64,000 nt of DNA from an uncultured Victivallales bacterium (lineage in GTDB: Bacteria; Verrucomicrobiota; Lentisphaeria; Victivallales; UBA1829): NCBI GenBank assembly GCA_944390735.1, contig CALXRL010000021.1, positions 17,059 through 81,058 of the forward strand. The letters are read 5' to 3'. The notes beneath the pieces were generated by a model, which saw only the letters and a program-made list of their open reading frames with translations, had not been told where the DNA came from and did no database searches. Shown here piece after piece: positions 29,169-39,667 of this stretch (position 1 is the first letter of the stretch; each line of letters starts with the position of its first letter). The position numbers were made by a program, and so were the translations under genes.

Positions 29169-32078
29169 ATGAAAATGCTGCTTTCGGCGGCGCTTGCCGC
29201 GCTGCTGTTTCCCCTTTTCGCCGCTCCGGCTGGGGATTTGATTGCCGATTTCACCGGAGGGCATGAGCGCTTCAGTGTTTTTGCTCCCGGGGAACCGGTG
29301 AAACTGCGTCTGACGCTGAAAGGGGAGGGCTTCCCCGGAACCGATACGCTTCAGTGGAAGCTCTGCGATTACCGGAATGTTCCGCTGGAGTCGGGCTCCC
29401 TGCCGGTTACCGCGGATGCGCTGAAGCGGGGGATCGAGTTTCCGGTAAAAAATCAGAAGGCGGGATGTTTCTTCCTGTATATGAAACTGGAAAAAAGCGG
29501 AATTACGATTCCGTGGAAGGGATCGCGTCTGCCGGGATATGTGACGTTCGGCGTGCTGCCGGAGCTGAAGGCTCTGCCGCTCAAATTCAGCGATGATTCC
29601 CGCTTCGGCGGACAGGGAACGAACTTCATCAAGACCGGGGAATTCATGCAGGGCGACTGTTACGCCCCCTTCTATCCGACGGTCGGAATGAAATGGGCCT
29701 ACATCGGCCGATCCCTTCTGAATCTGGAAAAGAGTCCGGGCGCCTTCAAGCCGAAAACGGTGGAGGAGTACAAAAAAGGATATCCCGGCTGGGGATTCGT
29801 CAACCGCATGACTCTGGTGACCGATCTTCACGGGGCGCCGACGCATCTTCTGAAATTCCCTCCCTATATGGAGAAAAAGGCCATAGAGAAGCTGGCATCC
29901 CTTCAGGCGCAGGCGTATCCTCTGAAGGATTCCGCCGCGTACACGGAACTGACGGGACGCGTCGCAAGGGATGTCTCCGCATGGCGCAGGGCGTTCGCCA
30001 CGCAGTGGATGAGTCGCAATTATTATCAGCTTCACTGGGAACCCGACTGGCACTGGAACGGCACCGAGGACGAATTTCTGGAATACTATCGTGCGGCCAA
30101 AGCCGGGATATCCGCCAATGATCCAGGGGCTTTTCTGATGGGCGGCAACTACGGCGTGATTTCGCGCGGAAATAAAAAGCTGGAGCGCCTGTTTGCCAAG
30201 GGACTGGGGAAGTATGTGGATGGAATTTTCTCGCATCTTTATTTTCTTCCGGTCACCATGGAGCCGGAGGATGCGGGACTGCATACCGACTGCCGTCATC
30301 TCCGTCAGCTTGTCGACCGCTACATCGGGCCCGATGCGCCCCTCATCAATACGGAATGGGGAACCGATTACCATCGCGACACCCGAAATCTGACGCATGA
30401 TCTTCTGATGAATCATCTGTACCGTTTTGTGCGCGGACATCTGATCGCGCTCGGCGAGGGGTTCAACGGAACCTGGTTCTTCTACACCACGGACTACTGC
30501 GATTATACGAGCAAGGGCGGGGAACAGGGATACGGCATGTCGTTCAACACCTCGTCCTACATATCGAAATACAAATTCGGTGCGGCCTCCTTGGAGCCGA
30601 AGCCGACCATGATGGCGGCCGCCGCAATGACCCGGCTGCTGGAAGGAACGAAAACGCTCGGACGGCTCGATCATCTGGATTCGTCGGTCTTTGCATATTC
30701 CTTCCGCCGGGCGGGAACGAATCTTGTCGCGGTCTGGAGCCCGAAAAAAGAGCAGATTCTGAATCTGGAAACCGGTGTGCCGATTGTGACGGTGTATGAC
30801 ATCATGGGCAATGCGCGGAAAGTGAAGACCGATCGCGGAACGCTCTCGCTGAAGATTGACCGCTATCCGCAGTATGTGACGGGAATTGCCGATGCGTTTC
30901 TGCCGACCGCGGACCGTGCCGCCTCTTCCGTTTTCGTCTCGAAACGCATGCAGCTTGCTCCGGGAAACGCGGTGAAGCGTCTTCTGAAACCGGGAGCGGA
31001 AGCGGAAAAACTTGTGCTGAAAAGCGCCAAAGGGGATCTGGTTCTCAGCGAGAGAATCCCGGCCGATCTTCCCGCCGGATGCTTCGAAGTGTTCGCCGCG
31101 GGAAAAAACGGACGGAAGGAGTCGATGCTTCTGGACGTCTCCGGACAGGTTCGTTTCGGCGGCCGCCGGGAATTCCTTTCGTCCTCCGGGACGGCGTATC
31201 TGGAACAGCCGGTGCGGAATTTGAGTTCGATTCCGCAGTCTCTGACGCTCCGGGCAAGCTACGGCGGACGGGAATTCTTCTCGGCGGTCCGTTCCGTGGA
31301 TGCCGAAAAGACAACTGTTTTCCGCATTCCGCTGGATCGTGCCGGGTATGAGGGTCTGAAATTGCAAAATTATGTTCTCACTCTCAGCAATGCCAACGGT
31401 CTTCAGGCGAAAAGCGAGTGGTTCGGAGGCGTTGTGGTGCCGTCGAAGAAAAATCCGGGGAAAGTCGACGGCCGTCTGACGGACTGGTCCTCAAAGGGCT
31501 TCAGCCGCTGGCTCGGACGGGATGCGCTGACCCATAAAAAAGAGCTCTGGCGCGGGGAAAAGGATTTCTCCTGCCGCTGGCAGCTTGCGGCCGACCGGAA
31601 GAGTCTCCATCTGGCGGTGGAGGTGCGCGACGACGTGGATTTCCGCGGAGGAAATCCGAAGCAGCCGTGGCGCGACGATTCCCTGATCCTTGTGCTCGGG
31701 CGCGATTCCGACGGCAATGGGGAATGGCTTCTTCACCGTCGTTTCAGCATCACCCGTTCTCCGGATGGAAAGACGCTCGTTCAGGAGATCTTCGGGACGC
31801 CTCCGCGCGGCGTTCTGCCTGTCAGGGAACAGATGCTGGAAGCGGTCGTGAAACGCAATGCCGGGGAACACACCACGGTGTATGAGATCCGGATTCCGTT
31901 CGGCGGCCGGGACGGACTGCTTCCCGAAAAGGGACCCTTCGGCCTTGGATTCAGCGTGCATGACATCGACAAAAAAGAAGAAATGCTTCAGGATCAGCAT
32001 CGGGAATTCAGCGTGCTGGGCGGAGTCCCCCTGTTCATGGGACACACCCGCTTCGCCACGATTCTGATTCGTCCATAA
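29169..32078 (+). CDS. Secreted clan GH-A-like glycoside hydrolase (GH39/GH5-like) with C-terminal CBM9/DOMON-like domain
   Basis: Signal peptide; putative acid/base HWEPD and nucleophile INTEWG; C-terminal VDGRLTDW...LHLAVEVRDD...WRDDS. Confidence 0.65.
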   Translation: MKMLLSAALAALLFPLFAAPAGDLIADFTGGHERFSVFAPGEPVKLRLTLKGEGFPGTDTLQWKLCDYRNVPLESGSLPVTADALKRGIEFPVKNQKAGCFFLYMKLEKSGITIPWKGSRLPGYVTFGVLPELKALPLKFSDDSRFGGQGTNFIKTGEFMQGDCYAPFYPTVGMKWAYIGRSLLNLEKSPGAFKPKTVEEYKKGYPGWGFVNRMTLVTDLHGAPTHLLKFPPYMEKKAIEKLASLQAQAYPLKDSAAYTELTGRVARDVSAWRRAFATQWMSRNYYQLHWEPDWHWNGTEDEFLEYYRAAKAGISANDPGAFLMGGNYGVISRGNKKLERLFAKGLGKYVDGIFSHLYFLPVTMEPEDAGLHTDCRHLRQLVDRYIGPDAPLINTEWGTDYHRDTRNLTHDLLMNHLYRFVRGHLIALGEGFNGTWFFYTTDYCDYTSKGGEQGYGMSFNTSSYISKYKFGAASLEPKPTMMAAAAMTRLLEGTKTLGRLDHLDSSVFAYSFRRAGTNLVAVWSPKKEQILNLETGVPIVTVYDIMGNARKVKTDRGTLSLKIDRYPQYVTGIADAFLPTADRAASSVFVSKRMQLAPGNAVKRLLKPGAEAEKLVLKSAKGDLVLSERIPADLPAGCFEVFAAGKNGRKESMLLDVSGQVRFGGRREFLSSSGTAYLEQPVRNLSSIPQSLTLRASYGGREFFSAVRSVDAEKTTVFRIPLDRAGYEGLKLQNYVLTLSNANGLQAKSEWFGGVVVPSKKNPGKVDGRLTDWSSKGFSRWLGRDALTHKKELWRGEKDFSCRWQLAADRKSLHLAVEVRDDVDFRGGNPKQPWRDDSLILVLGRDSDGNGEWLLHRRFSITRSPDGKTLVQEIFGTPPRGVLPVREQMLEAVVKRNAGEHTTVYEIRIPFGGRDGLLPEKGPFGLGFSVHDIDKKEEMLQDQHREFSVLGGVPLFMGHTRFATILIRP

Positions 32079-32095
32079 TAAAGGAGACTGAAAAT

Positions 32096-33292
32096 ATGGG
32101 GAAATCCTTTTTTACATCCGCACTGACCGCGATTTCGCTGATGACGGTCGCCGCGTTCGGCGGAGAAGAGACGATGGAACAGAAGAATCCGGCACAGTTC
32201 TGGAAGACGGACGATCTTTTCCGAACCCCGGCTTTTGAATCCGTCGATGCGAAATATCCCGACAGCCGGGAAGAAGGCGTTCAGGCCGTCACCTATTCCG
32301 GATTTCCGCTGAACGGCAAGCCGACCCGTGTGTTTGCCTATCTCGGTTTTCCGGACGGTCCGGCGCCGCAGGGCGGATTCCCCGCGGTGGTGCTTGTGCA
32401 CGGGGGAGGGGGAACCGCATTTGCAAAATATGTCCGGATCTGGAACCGCAGGGGGTATGCGGCCATCGCAATGGATCTCTATGGAACGCGTCCGGTCAAG
32501 GGAAAGAAAAAGCCGGTGGCGCTGGAGGGCGGAAGCAATGCCGACTGGCAGAGACGAAGCGTCGCCAACGCGATTCTCGGCCATTCGCTTCTCCGTTCGC
32601 GCAAGGAGGTCAACAAAGAGAAGATCGGACTGATCGGAGTTTCGTGGGGCGGAATTTTCGCGTCGTTGATCTCGACGCTCGACGACCGTCTGAAGTTCGT
32701 GATTCCGGTCTACGGCTGCGGCTTTTTCCGCTATGGAGACGACAGCATCGTCTTTTACCGTTCGAAACAGAACCGGAAACCGTGGTGGGATCCGGGGTAC
32801 TTTCTCCACGCTTCGAAAGTTCCCGTGTACTGGGTGGACGGAACCAACGATGTGCATTTCGCCATTCCGGCTCTGGAACGGTCGATTGCGGCGACTCCGA
32901 CGACGGCAAACCGAACCCTTGTGATCCGTCTGGAGCATTCCCATATCGGATTTGAACTCAGTCCGGTCTTCCGGATTGCGGATTCCGTGCTGAAAAACGG
33001 TGTTCCGCTTCCGAAGCTCGGACCGATTTCGGAAAAGAACGGAATCGCCTCGGCAAAGATTCTGAACCGGGGAAAGGGGATCCGTCTGCCTCAGCTCTGC
33101 TATACGAAGGGAAACGGACCGCTGTCGCAGCGTCTCTGGCTGAACACGCCGGCAAAGTGCGCGGGCGATACCATTTCCGCCAGGATCCCGGAGGGTGTCA
33201 CGCAGTATTATCTGACCGCGTTCGATGAAAAGGACGCCTCCGGACAGTGGAACTGTGCCGGATCAACTCGGGTCGTTACCGTCGGGAAATAG
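32096..33292 (+). CDS. Secreted alpha/beta-hydrolase (acetyl esterase-like)
   Basis: Signal peptide; PAVVLVHGGGG, GVSWGG nucleophile elbow, GTND, H. Confidence 0.8.
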   Translation: MGKSFFTSALTAISLMTVAAFGGEETMEQKNPAQFWKTDDLFRTPAFESVDAKYPDSREEGVQAVTYSGFPLNGKPTRVFAYLGFPDGPAPQGGFPAVVLVHGGGGTAFAKYVRIWNRRGYAAIAMDLYGTRPVKGKKKPVALEGGSNADWQRRSVANAILGHSLLRSRKEVNKEKIGLIGVSWGGIFASLISTLDDRLKFVIPVYGCGFFRYGDDSIVFYRSKQNRKPWWDPGYFLHASKVPVYWVDGTNDVHFAIPALERSIAATPTTANRTLVIRLEHSHIGFELSPVFRIADSVLKNGVPLPKLGPISEKNGIASAKILNRGKGIRLPQLCYTKGNGPLSQRLWLNTPAKCAGDTISARIPEGVTQYYLTAFDEKDASGQWNCAGSTRVVTVGK

Positions 33293-33410
33293 CATTCCCG
33301 ACGGAAGGGAGGGGGGAAAAGTTGCTTTTTCCCCGATTCCGCCTTTGAAGTTTCATAACGGGGTTTTATATTATAAAATCTTTTCAATAAAAAAGGTGGA
33401 GTCATCCCAA

Positions 33411-35363
33411 ATGAAATTGTCAAATCTGTTTTCGGACGGCGCCGTGCTTCAGCGCGGAATGCCGGTTCCGGTCTGGGGGACAACGGAGCCGGAATCCGTT
33501 GTGAAAATCACATGTGCGGGAGTGTCCGCGTATGGCGCGTCTTCTTCGACGGGCGAATTTCTGGTGCGTCTTCCGGAGCTTCCGGTCGGGGGACCGTATG
33601 AGCTTGTGGCGGAAACCGCTTCGGGCCGTGACCGGGCGGTGGTGCGCGATGTGATGGTCGGCGAGGTCTGGCTGGCCTCGGGACAATCCAATATGGAGTT
33701 CACCCTCTCTTCCTCTCCGCAGCAGTACCGGGAGTTCTGCGCGCTCAGGACGGATCCCTCCACCCTGCGGATGATTACGGTGCCGAAATCGGTGTCGTCC
33801 GCGCAGCAGAGAGAGTTCGATGCCAAGTGGATGTATGCGACGGAGGAATCGGTCGGAATGTTTTCCGCGGTTGCCCTCTGGTTTGCATACCGTCTGCGCG
33901 AAAAGCTGAATGTTCCGGTCGGAATCATTCACTCCTCCTGGGGCGGAACGTTTGCCGAGGCGTGGACCAGCCGTTCCACGCTGATGCGCAATCCGGAGGT
34001 CCGGAATGTCCTTCTGGAATATGAATCGCTGCTTCCCGCCTCTCATTCCTGGGGGAAGGCGAATTTCTTTCAGCAGCTTCCCTCGTCCAAACAGGAGTTC
34101 TTCCAGAAATACGGAAAGGCCGATCCGGGCAATGCCGGACTCGGCAGAGGATGGGCGGAGCCCTCCTTCGACGACTCCTCCTGGAAAAAAATTCAGATTC
34201 CCGGCAGCTGGATCACTCAGAAAATCGCCGGAAACGGCGTGGTCTGGGCCCGGTTGCGCGTATCGATCCCCGAACGCTGGAAAGGACGGAACCTTTCCCT
34301 GCATCTGGGCGGAATCGACAAACAGGATATTACCTATTTCAACGGTCGCGAGGTCGGGCGCTCCGGCAAAGGATTCGAGGATCTCTACTGGAACGTTCCG
34401 CGCAACTACGCGGTGCCCGCGGAGCTGGTGCGGCCGGGCGAGGCCGTGATCGCGGTCCGCGCCTTCTCCTTCCTGTACGACGGGGCGTTCAATGGTCTGG
34501 AAGAGATGTTCCGCCTGCATCCGGCGGACGATCCGGCGGATGTCCTTTCGCTTGTCGGTGAATGGAAAGCCGCTCCCGAGGCGGATTTCGGAACGCTGGA
34601 GTATCCCTCGATCGGCGGAGCGGAAATGCAGGGCCCCGGAAATCCGAATACCTGTTCGATTCTCTTCGACGGCATGATCCGTCCGCTGATTCCCTGCGCA
34701 ATGCGCGGCGCCATCTGGTATCAGGGCGAGACCAACGCGCATTCGATTGCCGACTCCGTGGCCTACGAACGCCTGATGGCGGATCTGATCGACGACTGGC
34801 GCTTCCACTGGGGACAGGGAGACTTCCCGTTCTATCTGGTTCAGCTGGCCAATTTCCGCAATCCGCTGGAGTATGAGGAGGAGAGCACATGGGCGCCGCT
34901 GCGCGAATCCCAGCGCCATGCCTGCGAAACGATGAAAAATGCGGCAATGGCGGTCACCACCGACTGCGGAGAAAGTCTTGACATTCATCCGAAGGACAAG
35001 CGGACCGTGGGGGAACGTCTTGCCGCCCAGGCGCTGTATCACACCTATTACTGTCCGGATGTCATTCCCTGCGGACCGCTTCCGCGGGAGCTGCGTCGGG
35101 AGAACGGCGGTCTGCGCGTGCTGTTCGAGCATGCCGACGGCGGTCTGCGCTTCCGCAATGGAAAGACCGACGGCTTTTTCCTCGCCGGAAACGACGGCGT
35201 CTTCCATCGGGCCGACACGGTCGAATCCGAGGGGGCCAGTCTGTTCCTCCGCAGTGCGGATGTTTCGTATCCGGTGCGCGTCCGCTACAACTGGGCGGAC
35301 AATCCGATCGGAACGCTTTGCAACGGCGCGGATCTTCCCGCCTCTCCGTTTGAATTGTGCTGA
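33411..35363 (+). CDS. Sialate O-acetylesterase family (SASA) protein
   Basis: LFSDGAVLQR, GEVWLASGQSNME, WGGT..EAW, GAIWYQGETN, PFYLVQLANF, DIHP.DK..VG.RLA, LPASPF. Confidence 0.9.
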   Translation: MKLSNLFSDGAVLQRGMPVPVWGTTEPESVVKITCAGVSAYGASSSTGEFLVRLPELPVGGPYELVAETASGRDRAVVRDVMVGEVWLASGQSNMEFTLSSSPQQYREFCALRTDPSTLRMITVPKSVSSAQQREFDAKWMYATEESVGMFSAVALWFAYRLREKLNVPVGIIHSSWGGTFAEAWTSRSTLMRNPEVRNVLLEYESLLPASHSWGKANFFQQLPSSKQEFFQKYGKADPGNAGLGRGWAEPSFDDSSWKKIQIPGSWITQKIAGNGVVWARLRVSIPERWKGRNLSLHLGGIDKQDITYFNGREVGRSGKGFEDLYWNVPRNYAVPAELVRPGEAVIAVRAFSFLYDGAFNGLEEMFRLHPADDPADVLSLVGEWKAAPEADFGTLEYPSIGGAEMQGPGNPNTCSILFDGMIRPLIPCAMRGAIWYQGETNAHSIADSVAYERLMADLIDDWRFHWGQGDFPFYLVQLANFRNPLEYEEESTWAPLRESQRHACETMKNAAMAVTTDCGESLDIHPKDKRTVGERLAAQALYHTYYCPDVIPCGPLPRELRRENGGLRVLFEHADGGLRFRNGKTDGFFLAGNDGVFHRADTVESEGASLFLRSADVSYPVRVRYNWADNPIGTLCNGADLPASPFELC

Positions 35364-35423
35364 ACGGCACCGCGCTCTCTTCCGGCAGTCGGTCGGAAGA
35401 GGCGTGTCCTCTGTTTGAAAAAC

Positions 35424-35458
35424 AAAAAACGCCGCGGAGAACGGTCTCTCCGCGGCGT
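35424..35458 (-). terminator. Rho-independent terminator of the beta-mannosidase gene
   Basis: 12-bp stem ACGCCGCGGAGA/TCTCCGCGGCGT preceded by A-tracts. Confidence 0.75.
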
Positions 35459-35480
35459 CCGCATCGGATGGATTTTTCGA

Positions 35481-38093
35481 TCATTCCCGGTAGCTGCTCC
35501 GGAGATCGCGTATCACCAGACTGCGCTTGAGCGCATCCGCATCGACCGTTTCCGGAACCTGGAACGTGATGGTTCTCGGAGCCCCCGGAAGCAGCGTGAA
35601 GCTGTTGTCGCTGAACACGGTCTGCATTCCGCGCAGTTCCGCAAAGGTGTAGAACGCCGGACGATCGGTCTCGAGCGTCAGACTCCATGTCCCTCCGGAA
35701 CGCTTTTGAAGCCCGGTCCGGATGCGGGGCTGCTGAAGATCACAGCGTTTGAACTCCGTAAAGAACTGATCGTTGTAATGGGTGTAGCGTTTTCCCCCGG
35801 CATTGCCGTCGAGCGTGAGAAAGAGGAAGACTTTCGCCGGATCTTCCCCGGTCAGGGCTTCGGCTTCGAATTCGTGAATCTTTTTCGACCCGAGCGGAGG
35901 AAGTTGAAATTCGAAATCAAATTCCTTCTGCTTCGCGCCGGAGAAATCCAGAAGCGAGGCGTGGACGGCGCCCTTGAATTCGCTGTTGACGTCGCTGGTC
36001 GCCCAGAGCTCCAGACGCTGGTCGCTGTTCAGGAAACTGGTCACGATGACCGGCGAGTAGAAGCGCTTCGCATGATAATGCAGCTGTTTCCAGTTGCCGT
36101 CGTAGTCGATGCTGGACCAGGAGGCGACCGGCCAGTTGTCGTTGAGCTGCCAGTAAAGCGTTCCCATGCAGACCGGTTTCAGATGGCGCCAGAACTCGAC
36201 GCCGGTCTTGATGGCGAACGCCTGCTGAACCTGGCTGAGATAGATGAAATTTTCAAAGCCGTCCGGAAAACGGAAATAGCGGGTGAACATCTCAACGATT
36301 TTGGAGTTGCCGCCGCTGTTTCTCTGATGGTGTTCCATGACAGGAGAGGTGACATTGCGCTGTCTGCCTTCGGTGTAGCGGTCCACGGTATTCTGGGCGG
36401 GGAAGGACTGATAGCCGAATTCCGAACAGAAACGGGGAATCACATCGAAGTAGGCGGAGAAGGATTTTCCGCTGTGCCAGACGCTCCAGTAGTGCATGTC
36501 GCCCATGCTGTCGTTGTGAGTGCCGCCTGCGACGTATTCCGGTCCGCTGCAGGGGGAGCTCGGCCAGAAGACGCGGGTCGGATCGGCGTCTTCCACTGCC
36601 CGTCTGACCGTCCGGTTGAAGCGGTCGTAGTTGATGAGGCGCATCGGATAGCCCGGCGAGCCGTTGCCGCCCATGAGACTGATGACCTCGTTGTCGCCGC
36701 ACCAGAGCGCGATGCAGGCATGATCCCGCAGCCGCTTCACCTGATGGACGATTTCGCCGGTGATGTTTTCCAGAAAATCCGGGGTCGACGGATATTGCGC
36801 ACAGGCAAACATGCAGTCATGCCAGAGTAGAATTCCTTTCTGATCGCAGAGGTCGTAGAAGTCCTCGTTTTCATATTGTCCGCCCCCCCAGACGCGGAGC
36901 ATGTTCATGTTGGCGGCGACGGCGTCGGAAAGAAGGCGGTCGTAGACCTCCCGGGTCTGCCGGCTCGGCATGGCGTCGGCCGGAATCCAGTTGGCTCCCT
37001 TGCAGAAAAGGTCGATTCCGTTTACGCGGAACTTCATGCTGATGCCGTATGCATCCGGTTCGTTGATGAGTTCGAGTTTGCGGAGACCGATTCGTTTGCG
37101 GATGGTCTCGTCGGCGGTGGAGACCGTCAGCGGATAGAGCGTCTGAGGGCCGTATCCGGCCGGATACCAGAGCGCCGGATTCTCGACTTCAAACGAGGCC
37201 GATACGGTGTTGACGCCGCGGAGAAGACGGACGGTCCGGTTTTTTTTCTCTCCGTTGAATTCGAAACAGACGGTGGTTTCTCCTCCGTTTTCGCTGAAGA
37301 GTTCGGCGGTGGCCTCCAGCGTGCATTTTCCCGGTGCGTGCTTCTGTTCCGTGAAGACATAGTCGAGACGCGCGTGATCCACTCCCCGGAGGCTGATGTC
37401 TCCATAGATGCCGCTGACCACCAGACAGATTCCCCAGTCCCAGCCCGCATGACACTGCACTTTTCGGATCAGATTCATGTACGGGACGCGGTTGTTTCCG
37501 TTGATTCCCAGGTCAAACGGCTGTTTGAGCGCCTCTTCCGCGGCTTTGGCAACCGGCGAGAAGAGAACGATGTCCAGACGGTTCCTTCCCGGTTTCAGCA
37601 GCTCCTTCACGTCGATTCGGAGCCGCCGGAACATGTTGCGCGAGGTCGCGGCCTTCTTCCCGTTGACAAGGATGTCGGCAAAGGTGTCAAGCGAGTCGAT
37701 GTTCAGGTAGACGGACTCTTTGCTCAGAAGTTCGGGGGAAATGGAAAACTCCTTTGAAAACGTCCAGTCCAGTTCGCGAACCCACTGGACCTCCTCCTCA
37801 TTCCGCCCGAGATAGGGATCGGGAATCCGTCCGTTCCGGAGCAGGGCGGAATAGTTGTCGCCCGGAACGTCGGCCCGGATCGGCCGGAAGTCGTTGCTGC
37901 TGCACGAGAGAGTCCACTCTCCCGCAAGATTGATGATCTGCATCTGCTTCTCCTGTTCTGCGGTTTCCGCAAGGTTCGGTTCCGGTTTTCCCGGCACTTC
38001 CGCCCGCTGTTCCGGTCCGGCGGAACAGGAGCAGAGGCAGAGAACGAGCGCCGCGCTCAAGAGCTGCGGCAAACGTGGTCTGATCGCATTCAT
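35481..38093 (-). CDS. GH2 beta-mannosidase, probable lipoprotein
   Basis: Lipobox-like LCLCSCS; RKVQCHAGWDWG, KGANWIPAD, NMLRVWGGG.YE, LWCGDNE, GDMHYW, RFCSEFG, YWQLND.WP.ASWSSIDY. Confidence 0.9.
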   Translation of the reverse strand: MNAIRPRLPQLLSAALVLCLCSCSAGPEQRAEVPGKPEPNLAETAEQEKQMQIINLAGEWTLSCSSNDFRPIRADVPGDNYSALLRNGRIPDPYLGRNEEEVQWVRELDWTFSKEFSISPELLSKESVYLNIDSLDTFADILVNGKKAATSRNMFRRLRIDVKELLKPGRNRLDIVLFSPVAKAAEEALKQPFDLGINGNNRVPYMNLIRKVQCHAGWDWGICLVVSGIYGDISLRGVDHARLDYVFTEQKHAPGKCTLEATAELFSENGGETTVCFEFNGEKKNRTVRLLRGVNTVSASFEVENPALWYPAGYGPQTLYPLTVSTADETIRKRIGLRKLELINEPDAYGISMKFRVNGIDLFCKGANWIPADAMPSRQTREVYDRLLSDAVAANMNMLRVWGGGQYENEDFYDLCDQKGILLWHDCMFACAQYPSTPDFLENITGEIVHQVKRLRDHACIALWCGDNEVISLMGGNGSPGYPMRLINYDRFNRTVRRAVEDADPTRVFWPSSPCSGPEYVAGGTHNDSMGDMHYWSVWHSGKSFSAYFDVIPRFCSEFGYQSFPAQNTVDRYTEGRQRNVTSPVMEHHQRNSGGNSKIVEMFTRYFRFPDGFENFIYLSQVQQAFAIKTGVEFWRHLKPVCMGTLYWQLNDNWPVASWSSIDYDGNWKQLHYHAKRFYSPVIVTSFLNSDQRLELWATSDVNSEFKGAVHASLLDFSGAKQKEFDFEFQLPPLGSKKIHEFEAEALTGEDPAKVFLFLTLDGNAGGKRYTHYNDQFFTEFKRCDLQQPRIRTGLQKRSGGTWSLTLETDRPAFYTFAELRGMQTVFSDNSFTLLPGAPRTITFQVPETVDADALKRSLVIRDLRSSYRE

Positions 38094-38270
38094 CTGCTTT
38101 AGTCTCCCTGTCTGGTTGCTCGGGATCACTGTATGCCGGAAAACCGCGCTTTTCAAACAGAATACCGCTTTTTTTCCGGAAAACGACTACAAAAAAGAAA
38201 AAAAGATACTATATTGACACATCGGAAAAGAAAATCCTTCATTCGGACAGACAACCAGGAGATCCAGAAC

Positions 38271-39113
38271 ATGCTGCGGAACCGGAACGTGCTCTCCATG
38301 CGGAGCGGAAGCTACTATATGCACGACTCCATGTTCGGTCCCGGCGAGTTCTATCCGGAGCACTGTCACGATTTCCATGAATTTTTTCTGGTTGACGAAG
38401 GCGTGCTGGAACATACGCTGAACGGCAAGGTTTCCATTCTGCCGGCGGGGACGGTGCAGCTGATCCTGCCGGGAGACAGTCATATCGTCGCCTGCGCTCC
38501 GGGCTGTTCCGGGGTCCGGATCCGCAACTGCAACGTCAGTTCCGAGGAGATGCTGAAGGTGTTCGCCTTCCTTTCCGCCGGCAGTGATTTCCTGCTGGAC
38601 GACTGCGTGCAGACGGTCCGGATGCCCCCCGATCATCACTGGCGCCATCTTCAGGATCTTGCTCGCGAGATCTGCGCAATGAGCGACGGCGGAACCTCCC
38701 GGAAAAACTCTCTTCTGCGCCTTCTGACGCAGGAGGTCCTTGCCGTTCTGATGCGCCGTTCCTTTCAGGAGAAGGCCGCGCCCCCCCAGTGGCTCGCGGA
38801 AAGTTTCACGGAGATGAAGAAGAAAAACAACTATACCGCGGGCCTGTCCCGGTTTGTGGCATTGTCCGGACGCACCAAGGAGCATCTCTGCCGCTCCATG
38901 AAGAAATTCTACGGAATTTCTCCGCAGACCTACATAATCTCCCTGCGATTGGAGGAGGCCGCCGACAGACTTCTTCACGGCAGCTGCGGCATTTCGGAAA
39001 TCGCCTACGACGCAGGGTTCCGCAATCTCTCCTATTTCCGCCGCTGTTTCCTGCGGAAATACGGAATGACTCCCTTGAAATACCGCTCCCGGTTCCGGAT
39101 TCTGCGTCATTGA
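38271..39113 (+). CDS. AraC family regulator with cupin sensor (ChbR-like)
   Basis: HCHDFHEFF cupin; P.WL; EHLCRSMKK; EIAYDAGFRNLSYF; divergent from the mannosidase gene. Confidence 0.9.
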   Translation: MLRNRNVLSMRSGSYYMHDSMFGPGEFYPEHCHDFHEFFLVDEGVLEHTLNGKVSILPAGTVQLILPGDSHIVACAPGCSGVRIRNCNVSSEEMLKVFAFLSAGSDFLLDDCVQTVRMPPDHHWRHLQDLAREICAMSDGGTSRKNSLLRLLTQEVLAVLMRRSFQEKAAPPQWLAESFTEMKKKNNYTAGLSRFVALSGRTKEHLCRSMKKFYGISPQTYIISLRLEEAADRLLHGSCGISEIAYDAGFRNLSYFRRCFLRKYGMTPLKYRSRFRILRH

Positions 39114-39190
39114 TCCGAAATCGGAAAAATGCGGTCCGGCGCGGAGATTCCATTTTCTTCGGAAGGGGAGGAGAATCTCCGGTGCGCGGA

Positions 39191-39613
39191 TCAGTTCCAG
39201 CGGTCGGGCAGCAGCTCGGCGAGCGTCTTGACGGAGCCGTCGCCGAGGAGCACTTCGCAGCGGTCATTCTGATCGTGGAGCTGACAGAGAAATTCCCGGC
39301 ATCTGCCGCAGGGCGGAACGACCGCTCCGCCTTCTGTCACGGCCACCAGTTTGACAATCCGGTGTTCGCCTGCCGTGACCATTGCCGCGGCCGCGGCGTG
39401 TTCCGCGCAGAAGCCCATGGAGCAGGAGGTGTCAATGCAGACTCCTGTAAAAAGAGTGCCCCGGTCGGTCAGAATCGCCGCCGCTGTCGAGCCGGCATGG
39501 GCGTGTTTTGAAAGCGGTCTCGGATTCAGAACTTCGCATGCGGAGAGACGGAGCTTTTCAAAAAGAAAAGTTTCCTGATCGGGACCCGCTTTCTGTTCCG
39601 CTTGTTTCTTCAT
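39191..39613 (-). CDS. cdd: Cytidine deaminase family protein (homotetrameric type)
   Basis: FCAEH and PPCGRCRE zinc motifs; ELLP C-terminus. Confidence 0.8.
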   Translation of the reverse strand: MKKQAEQKAGPDQETFLFEKLRLSACEVLNPRPLSKHAHAGSTAAAILTDRGTLFTGVCIDTSCSMGFCAEHAAAAAMVTAGEHRIVKLVAVTEGGAVVPPCGRCREFLCQLHDQNDRCEVLLGDGSVKTLAELLPDRWN

Positions 39614-39667
39614 GAGAGGCTCCGTGGTTTCCGGAGGGGAATGCCGGTGGGACCGGTCGGGAATTTG

